Shown one piece after another: positions 55,844-64,000 of a DNA stretch of 64,000 bases. The notes beneath the pieces were generated by a model. It was given only the letters and a program-made list of their open reading frames with translations. It was not told where the DNA came from and made no database searches. A program made the translations under genes and the position numbers. The first letter of the stretch is position 1, and each line of letters starts with the position of its first letter. Source of the DNA: Tubiluchus corallicola (lineage: Eukaryota > Animalia > Priapulida); the NCBI GenBank assembly GCA_030141605.1, contig JAQGDQ010000336.1, forward strand, positions 194,357 through 258,356. The letters are read 5' to 3'.

Positions 55844-56067
55844 AATTTTGAAAAAGTTGCCTCATTGTGAGCTTTGAACCAGGGCCTTAAGCGATTCGAA
55901 TCCTTTAGATGTACTTCAAGGAATAACTTTGCAAAGAATTGTAGTATTGTGTTGGTTTTGCTCATCGATTTTGAATTCATTCAATTTTACGTGTTGTTTT
56001 TCTTTGCTTGCTGTAGGTGGTGCCACAGGTAGCATTTAACGTGCTGAACATGTGGTGCCATCTCTTT
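55844..56067 (+). repeat. About 220-bp dispersed direct repeat, copy 1 (intron 8)
   Basis: Highly similar to 56972-57195. Confidence 0.9.
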
Positions 56068-56660
56068 GACTAAAATGCAGCACAGACTTTATTCAAAACT
56101 GTCCCACTGCTGGAATGATATTTTTTTTAGAATATTGTGAGTCGATTTGTAAAGACAAAGTACGATTTTTTTATGTTCAATTTTTGTGTGTTCAAATCTT
56201 AGGGTCTCGAGTTCAAATCCTGACTCGATCACTTTTTTTCGGTGTCTTCTTTCTTCAGCAAACTGCAGTGGCTTATGAACATTTTGCCGTTCGCAATTGT
56301 ATTCTAATTAATGATAAAATCGGTTTTTAACGAACTTAAATATCGTAGCTGTAGTTTTTTTCATGATTGAGGTCAGAAGTAACCTTGAATTAAAAGTACG
56401 TTCATTTAGAGAAATTTTTTCAACCTTTTACAGCGTGTGTTAAATTCTGCATTATGTAGATTGATTAGAATTCTTTAATTTTTGATGCAGCGTGTTTTAT
56501 CCGAACCTGTAAAATAGCCCATCAAAAGATGCGCTAGTCAGGCATTCCCTAGAGCTCTGTAGTTATGCTTTAGGCCCCGCTTTGAAACTGTCATAGTTGA
56601 CGATGAGTTTTACAGGAGTTTGAATGGGGGAGTAACGACGTTTCATCTTTCCCTTTCCAG

Positions 56661-56826
56661 GCAGTTTTTCCTGGATGCCATCCCGATGGTTGGAACGACG
56701 GGATCTGTACGCTTAATTCGGGAACTGATCGGAAGCGGACAAGTTCGCGGTACGGAGGCGGACGTGTGGCTCTCTTCTCTAGCTCTGCTGAAAAACCCGA
56801 CCAAAGATATGATCGCTGAAATAACA
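56661..56826 (+). CDS. apoLp: apoLp-like exon 9
   Basis: QFFLDAIPMVGTTGSVRLIRELI...WLSSLALLKNPTKDMI (LLT alpha-helical domain), phase 2/0. Confidence 0.93.
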
Positions 56827-56971
56827 GTAAGAATTGATCATTGATTATGTACTTATCTTGAGTTGCCGTGCAACATCCAGAATTATTGATTTTAAATTTT
56901 GAATCCTGAAACAGCTCACGCGACTCTGCGTTAAATTTTATAACGGAAATTCTTTTAAAAAAAGTGAGTTC

Positions 56972-57195
56972 AATTTTGAAAAAGTTAGGTCATTGTGAGC
57001 TTTGAACCACGGCCTTTAATGATTCGCATCTTTTAGATGTACTTCAAGGAATAACTTTGCAAAGAATTGTAGTATTGTGTTGGTTTTGCCCGTCGATTTT
57101 GAATTCATTAAATTTTACATATTGTTTTTCTTTGCTTGCTATAGGTGGTGCCACAGGTAGCATTTAACATGCTGAACATGTGGTGCCATCTCTTT
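56972..57195 (+). repeat. About 220-bp dispersed direct repeat, copy 2 (intron 9)
   Basis: Highly similar to 55844-56067. Confidence 0.9.
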
Positions 57196-57299
57196 TAAAC
57201 GACAGAAATTGATTTTTATAGTACTTTGAATTTTTGACGCTGAAATATTTTTTTCCGTTTTGTTGACTCTTTAATTACCTGTTAATTAATTTTTTTCAG

Positions 57300-57476
57300 C
57301 CTCTGCTGAACTATCCGGATCGCAAGACTGTTCTCAGCATCTCATCCATGGTCCACGGCTACTGCCGCTCCAATCCGGATTGCGTGAACGAGCGGGAAGT
57401 CCAAGAAGTCATCCGCATGCTGGAAAGCAACATCACTCCGCGCTGCAGGTCTAACAATGCAGAGGAAGTGGATAAG
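57300..57476 (+). CDS. apoLp: apoLp-like exon 10
   Basis: PLLNYPDRKTVLSISSMVHGYCRSNPDC...EEVDK, phase 0/0. Not shown in the ORF track. Confidence 0.91.
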
Positions 57477-57595
57477 GTTGGTTGCTTAGCAACGCGATCG
57501 ACATCTTAATTCACTGGCTGCTTTAGAAGTAGCGCAGATTAGAACTTATAATTACCAAGCAGCTGTTTAGTTTCGGAAAATAATGCTAACTGAAT

Positions 57596-57667
57596 TTTAG
57601 GTTCGAATCAAATTCAGACTAAAAAAACTGGCTCAAATTGAATTCGAACGTTCGAAGCTCACCCCTA
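57596..57667. mobile_element. Terminal fragment of the same MITE-like family
   Basis: ttcgaacgttcgaagctcacccct matches the terminus at 47205-47226. Confidence 0.45.
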
Positions 57668-57789
57668 TTGAATATTCTGAACATCCAAGTCACATGATTC
57701 ATCTTGTTAGCACTTTTTAATTACGATAATTAAATGCTATTATGCAAACGAAGTCGTTCTTGCTAAGTTGAACGTCCGTCTCGTTTCAG

Positions 57790-57939
57790 ATCGTCATGTC
57801 GCTCAAAGGTATTGGCAACATCGGACGGATGCTTTCCTCGCGCTCCAACATCATTAGCTGCTTCCAAGAGCCCGGAGTTCCGATCGACGTGCGTCTCGCG
57901 GCCATCAACACGTTCCGTCGTGTGCCGTGTGATGATGAG
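57790..57939 (+). CDS. apoLp: apoLp-like exon 11
   Basis: IVMSLKGIGNIG...VRLAAINTFRRVPC (LKxxGNxG motif), phase 0/0. Confidence 0.94.
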
Positions 57940-57984
57940 GTAAGCCATCAACACGTTACGTCACGTTACGTTATAGTAAAAACG

Positions 57985-58458
57985 CAAGAACAACAACAAC
58001 AGCAGCAGCAACAACAGTAGCAGCAGCAGCAACAACAACAACAGTAGCAGCAGCAGCAGCAACAAAAACAATAGTAGCAGCAGCAACAACAACAACAAGA
58101 ACAACAGCAGTAGCAACAACAACAACAACAATAATAACAACAGCTGCAAGTGCTGCAACAACAACAACAACAACAGCAGCAGCAGTAGCAACAACAACAA
58201 CAACAGCAGTAGCAGCAACAACAACAACAGCAGCAGCAGTAGCAACAACAACAACAACAGCAGTAGCAGCAACAACAGCAGCAACAGTAGCAGCAGCAAC
58301 AATAACAACAAGAGAAGCAGTAGCAGCAGCAACAACAACAGCAGTAGCAGCAACAACAACAACAACAGCAACAGCAGCAGCAACAACAAACAACAACAAC
58401 AGCAACAGCAATAACAACAGCAGCAGCAGCAGTAGCAACAACAACAACTACAGCAACA
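57985..58458. repeat. (CAA/CAG/TAG)n trinucleotide tract in intron 11
   Basis: Directly visible. Interrupted by TAG, so it is not a coding polyQ tract. Confidence 0.95.
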
Positions 58459-58541
58459 TATATGCTTCCAACGCAGCCCTGCTTGCAATGGGATTTTTTC
58501 AGTTGCCCTTTTTTTGAAGATAACTCTTTTTTTGCTTCCAG

Positions 58542-58686
58542 CGAAGTGACCTCTTGGACAGATATGTAGACAAGAATGAGAACACGGAGATCAGAATTGC
58601 CGCATTCCTGTCGGCCATGAAATGTCCAAACGGCGGGATCATTAACACCGTGAAGAGGACGCTCGAATCAGAGGATGTTACGCAAG
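58542..58686 (+). CDS. apoLp: apoLp-like exon 12
   Basis: RSDLLDRYVDKNENTEIRIAAFLSAMKCP...ESEDVTQ. Donor |gtgaat, phase 1. Confidence 0.93.
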
Positions 58687-58695
58687 GTGAATACG

Positions 58696-59402
58696 GGGCT
58701 CATTTTACATTGTTACGCTCACGTCACGGTTTAGAATGCTGGGCTGATTTTACATTGTTACGCTCACGTCTCGGTTTAGAATGCAGGGCTGATTTTACAT
58801 TGTTACGCTCACGTCACGGTTTAGAATGCAGGGCTGATTTTACATTGTTACGCTCACGTCACGGTTTAGAATGCAGGGCTGATTTTACATTGTTACGCTC
58901 ACGTCTCGGTTTAGAATGCAGGGCTGATTTTACATTGTTACGCTCACGTCACGGTTTAGAATGCAGGGCTGATTTTACATTGTTACGCTCACGTCACGGT
59001 TTAGAATGCAGGGCTGATTTTACATTGTTACGCTCACGTCTCGGTTTAGAATGCAGGGCTGATTTTACATTGTTACGCTCGCATCACGGTTTAGAATGCA
59101 GGGCTGATTTTACATTGTTACACTTACATCACGGTTTAGAATGCAGGGCTGATTTTACATTGTTACGCTCGCATCACGGTTTAGAATGCAGGGCTGATTT
59201 TACATTGTTATGCTCACGTCTCGGTTTAGAATGCAGGGCTGATTTTACATTGTTACGCTCACGTCACGGTTTAGAATGCAGGGCTAATTTTACATTGTTA
59301 TGCTCACGTCTTGGTTTAGAATGCAGGGCTAATTTTACATTGTTACGCTCGCATCACGGTTTAGAATGCAGGGCTAATTTTACATTGTTACGCTCCCATC
59401 TC
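58696..59402. repeat. 45-bp minisatellite, about 15.7 copies, starting 10 nt into intron 12
   Basis: Unit gggctgattttacattgttacgctcacgtcacggtttagaatgca, with starts at 58696, 58741, 58786 and onward. Confidence 0.97.
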
Positions 59403-60056
59403 AGTTTGCCGGGCTCTTAGTAAAATATTAACTTCTTCAGGACTGTAAGCTTTTGCTGCATTTTGCATGGCTTCATGAAAAACTGCTCTCACTAAGCAGC
59501 GATTAGGTTATACTTGATAATTTTTGTAAGTTTCTACTCCTCACACAATGGATTTTCATGTAAAATTATATATGAAATGCATTTTATTATCTTAGACAAA
59601 TCAAGAATCGATCAAATTAAAAATTGAAAGAAAGCTTTCAGTAACTGCAGTGTTTGCACTGTAACAAAGTACAGTATCACTTGTGTGAAATCAGCTAATG
59701 TAGAAAATTTCAACTATCCAGACACAACACTCTGATAAACTTTGGCCTCAAGTCTACTCTATTTTTAATTAGAAATTCCTGTTAAAAGTTGAAACAACTT
59801 TAATTTGTCCTTGGCTGATCGGTTGGTTTTTCCTGGAATAGCAGCAGAACGCTGCACAGTTTGGGCTGTAGCAATCAGGTGATCAATAAATTAGTGTGTA
59901 CGATCACGCAAGTGTACACCAGACTAAACTACTCAATAGGCTAAGTTGAAGTGAATGAAAAGGGTGTGTTTTTCTGAATTTTATCCAATTAAATCAGTTG
60001 TAAATGTTTAAACAAACAGCATGATTGGACAGCCAAGATTCTCCTGAATAGAACAG

Positions 60057-60392
60057 TACCTAATTTGTAATCATTAAGTTATGTCTGTGCTCATATAGTA
60101 GCAGAAAAGTCATAGGTCTATTTATAAGATCTATATATCTTATAAGATTTATTTTGAATGGTGCAGTAGGAAGGAATTAATGCATAGTTGAAAAGGCCTT
60201 TTGTTAATTTAATGAACAGTAGATGGCGACACGTGTAATTAGTAATTACCTAATTTGTAATCATTTAGTTATGTCTGTGCTCATACAGTAGCAGAAAAGT
60301 CATAGGTCTTATAAGATCTATTTTGAATGATGCAGTAGGAAGGAATTAATGTGCAATTGTTAATTTAACGAACAGTAGATGGCGACACGTGT
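60057..60392. repeat. Imperfect tandem duplication (about 180 + 145 bp)
   Basis: tacctaatttgtaatcatt...gatggcgacacgtgt occurs at 60057 and 60247. Confidence 0.88.
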
Positions 60393-60519
60393 TCCCTTTT
60401 AGTGTAGCATCATTCACTGTGCAAAAGCTCCTATGTTTCAGATCTAATTGCAAGAAACAAAGAAGTTTAAGTTTCTCTTCATTTCTATTGCTTATTTATT
60501 TCATTTTATTTCGTAATAG

Positions 60520-60663
60520 TTGGGTCGTTTGTCTGGACCTATTTGACCAACATGCAGGAGACGTCCGATCCGTTGAAGAGGGACATTCGCGACATCTTGG
60601 ACGACCACACCCTGAAGACGCGTTTCGACAAGGACCGACGCAAGTTCTCACGCTACTATGAAG
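60520..60663 (+). CDS. apoLp: apoLp-like exon 13
   Basis: (V)GSFVWTYLTNMQETSDPLK...FDKDRRKFSRYYE, with the QVGSFV motif formed across the splice. Phase 1/1. Confidence 0.94.
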
Positions 60664-61789
60664 GTAGTTATTATTATTTCATATGTTTTTATTCTTAATA
60701 TTATTATTTTTATTAATTAAATTATGACTGTGAATGCCAACATTTATTAGCTCTTGCAGTTAATGAGTTGAAGGAAAGAAGACGCTGAAAAATTGTGGTC
60801 TTGTTGTTATTTGAACCCACGACCTGGCGAGCATCCCGCCTCCTTTCTTTCGTCTCATTACCTGCAAGGAGTAATAACTGTTGTGAAATAAACTGCTATG
60901 GTTTACGAAAATTCTGGCTTTCGCAGTCATAATGTAATTAATGACATTGTTAAGTATCAGCTAAGTTAAAACAAAACCAGACCCGATCTTAAACTGTAGG
61001 TCAAAGGTCAAAACAAACTACTCTTTAAAACATTGAAAGGAAACTTACTATTTTTTTCAAAAATGACTTACGTGAAAGAATTATTACCACACAAACACAA
61101 TTTCACGTTCGCGTCACTAGTTCTTCGCTGTTACGTGCATTTCGCCATTCGCTAGTTAGACGAGCACTAGCGCCTGCATTTCGTAAATGCGTTGCACAAA
61201 AAAACAGGTGCTGTACCTCTCAGTTCAGATGTGTTAGTTTGAGACTAACTGCACACATTCAATAGCTCATGCGTGAGCACTGCTGTAACTTTGAAATATG
61301 AATTTTTTTCTTAAAACTTGCCTAGTCTTAGTAAAAAACACTGAATATCTTACAGTACCGCCATACTTCAATTTTCTCTTTCAGAAACACGTGCAACAAG
61401 CTCGTGGAATATTTTTGCTGTTGAAAATTGTTAGTTTGTGATGTCATCAACAGTTAGGCTTACTCACTGTTAATTAAGTTTTTAATCTATTATTTATTTA
61501 TCAGAATTATTACCGCACAAACACAATTTCTCAATACATTAATTTATAGTTTTTCTTGATTAGTTAGGAATGTACTACGAATGCTCTGATTATTTCCTCA
61601 AACTTTATACAATGTTATGTGAACTTGTTTCAAATGTTTGAAATGGCTGCACCTAACGGTCATCGCGGGAGTTTTAAATTTTCAAGTTTTATATAGCGTT
61701 ACTGTTAATGCAAGCTCTGTATGCAATAAGGCAGTAAGTGAGGCGTAAAAAATTTCGAGATGATTTTTCTAGCTTTATGTAAGTAAAAG

Positions 61790-62466
61790 GTATCTGCGTA
61801 TCGTGTATCGCATGTATCTGAGTATCACGTGTCGCATATCACATGTATCTGCGTATCGCGTGAATCGCATGTATCTGCGTATCGCGTATCACATGTATCT
61901 GCACATAGTGTATCACATGTATCTGCATATCGTGTATCACATGTATCTGCGTATCGTGTATCACATGTATCTGCGTATAGTGTATCACATGTATCTGCGT
62001 ATCACGTGTATCACATGTATCTGCGTATCGTGTATCACATGTATCTGCGTATCACGTGTATCACATGTATCTGCGTATCGTGTATCACATGTATCTGCGT
62101 ATCACGTGTATCACATGTATCTGCGCATCACGTGTCGCATGTATCTGCGCATCACGTGTCGCATGTATCTGCGCATCACGTGTATCACATGTAACTGAGT
62201 ATCACGTGTATCGCATGTATCTGCGTATCGTGTATCACATGTATCTGTGTATCGTGTATCGCATGTATCTGCGTATCACGTGTATCGCATGTATCTGCGT
62301 ATCACGTGTATCGCATGTATCTACGCATCACGTGTCGCATGTATTTGCGCATCACATGTCGCATGTATCTGCGTATCACGTGTCGCATGTATCTGCGTAT
62401 CATGTATCGCCTATATCTGCATATCGTGTATCACGTGTATCTGCATATCGTGTGTCACATGTATCA
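61790..62466. repeat. 24/26-bp minisatellite abutting the exon 14 acceptor
   Basis: Unit gtatc(a/g)catgtatctgcgtatc(ac)gt, about 27 copies. Confidence 0.95.
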
Positions 62467-62490
62467 TATTTTTTGTCCACTTTCTTACAG

Positions 62491-62630
62491 GATCCGTCTT
62501 TTCGGAGCTGCTGAACACCGGAGCCGTCGGCGAGGGATCCGTGATTTTCTCCCCGGATTCGTACATTCCGCGATCCGGAATGCTGAACTTGACGCTCGAC
62601 CTTTTCGGAAACTCCCTGAATTTGTTCGAG
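62491..62630 (+). CDS. apoLp: apoLp-like exon 14 (DUF1943-type region)
   Basis: SVIFSPDSYIPRSGMLNLTLDLFGNSLNLFE, phase 1/0. Confidence 0.94.
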
Positions 62631-62789
62631 GTACGTTTTATCACTCACTGACCAGCTGACGTACTCAATAATTCTTTTACTTGACAGCTATGTGTTATTT
62701 AAATGTTTAATAATAATCAAAAATGTTCCTGATGCAACAAAATGGCGACTAACATTGAGATGCGAAAAAAGAAAATGTAAAAAAAGTCG

Positions 62790-62862
62790 TGTTTGAGCTG
62801 GGATTTGAACTAGGGACTTTGCATTATAAGTACAAATGCTACTGCCTCTAGTTCATACAGCC
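62790..62862 (-). pseudogene. Degenerate tRNA-derived sequence (tRNA-Ile(TAT)-like pseudogene or SINE head)
   Basis: The minus strand reads ...TAGAGGCAGTAGCATTTGTACTTATAATGCAAAGTCCCTAGTTCAAATCCCAG... followed by a T-run. The anticodon arm and B-box are recognisable, but the acceptor stem does not pair. Confidence 0.4.
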
Positions 62863-63015
62863 TCTCGATAGTTCATTAATTCTAGCACGATTGAATACTA
62901 ATACTAACTCAACACTCAGCAAACACCAAAAAGAATGCCCGCAGCATTGGATGGATAGTGCTTGCAGCTGCAAATACCTCTCACCTATCTAGAATTAACC
63001 ATTTCCGATGTTTAG

Positions 63016-63153
63016 GTGGGCGGCCGGCTGGAAGGCATGGAATTCTTGCTGGAGAAGTTCTTCGGACCGAACGGGTATTTCCCGGAAGACCGGGTCAACA
63101 ACTTGCTGCAGCCGTCACGGAAACATCGCGACATCGCAAACGTGCACGACCGC
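63016..63153 (+). CDS. apoLp: apoLp-like exon 15 (contains the RKHR candidate convertase site)
   Basis: VGGRLEGMEFLLEKFFGPNGYFP...SRKHRDIANVHDR, phase 0/0. Confidence 0.93.
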
Positions 63154-63267
63154 GTGAGTTCGTTTACCAAAAATAAATTCTTTTTAAAAAATTTCTCGTT
63201 TGCTCGAAATTTGGTCGATAGTTCGACGTCCGCAAATTTTCTGAATTGAACTGTGAATTACCCTATC

Positions 63268-63493
63268 ATCACAAACGCACAAGAACTAGTGCGTTGTACC
63301 ATAGACAGCTTGACTATACTACTATCACAAACGCACAAGAACTAGTGCGTTGTACCATAGACAGCTTGACTATACTAATATCACAAACGCAGAAGAACTA
63401 GTGCGCTGTACCATAGACAGCTTGACTATACTACTATCACAAACGCAGAAGAACTAGTGCGCTGTACCATAGACAGCTTGACTATACTACTAT
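63268..63493. repeat. 56-bp tandem repeat x4 in intron 15
   Basis: atcacaaacgca(c/g)aagaactagtgcg... starts at 63268, 63324, 63380 and 63436. Confidence 0.94.
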
Positions 63494-63641
63494 TTCGGTT
63501 TTTGTTACCAAACATTTACTTTTTGATTTCCATAAGTTACCAAATATCTGTCGAATACCTGATCAGTTATGTACTTTGTTACTTTTAATCCTGGGTTTTT
63601 GATGATTTTATGTTAAAAAAATGTTGTTTACACTTTCTCAG

Positions 63642-63791
63642 TTTGACATGAATGTGAACGAGCCTCAAGGATCCGCTTACTACAAAGTGTTCGGCAGTGA
63701 GATGAATTACTGGGACTTCCACGGCATGGAAGATCTGATCAACACAAAGGACACCTTGAACTTCGTGGAGATGCTGCTAGAGCTTTCGAAG
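63642..63791 (+). CDS. apoLp: apoLp-like exon 16 (gene continues beyond the window)
   Basis: FDMNVNEPQGSAYYKVFGSEMNYWDF...LELSK. ctttctcag| ... |gtttct. Confidence 0.9.
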
Positions 63792-64000
63792 GTTTCTGCT
63801 ATTGCCATTCCGTTTAAATTTAAACTTGTAGCTCCTTAATGCAGTTGTTAGTGAGAAACGACAGCCAACTAGCAAACTACGATGGCGACAGCGATAACAA
63901 CAACATTGACAATGACTACAACGCTAATAGCAACAACATCAATAAATTCTGTCCACCACCATCAACAATAACAACAACGTTGACAAGAAAGATGACAATG

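Overview
AT-rich, intron- and microsatellite-rich DNA from a metazoan, most likely an invertebrate bilaterian; the species cannot be determined from the sequence. Three spliced genes were reconstructed by hand, with GT-AG sites and reading phase checked. (1) SoxE (Sox8/9/10 group), + strand: exons 2 and 3 at 10293-10606 and 11992-12608. Exon 1 was not found and appears to lie upstream of the window. (2) Cytosolic HMG-CoA synthase, - strand: only the first two coding exons (41550-41103 and 39899-39774) are present. The remaining ~60% of the protein was not found in the 39.7 kb downstream, so either SoxE is nested antisense in a very large HMGCS intron or this HMGCS copy is truncated. (3) An apolipophorin-II/I-like large lipid transfer protein, + strand: 16 exons (780 codons) from 49315 running off the window end, head-to-head with HMGCS. 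The rest is a fairly repeat-poor non-coding stretch (13-39 kb) with candidate enhancers, plus LINE 3' ends, MITE-like and tRNA/5S-derived fragments, and many micro- and minisatellites. There are no prokaryotic features or CRISPR arrays. Most ORFs in the supplied track are repeat artefacts.
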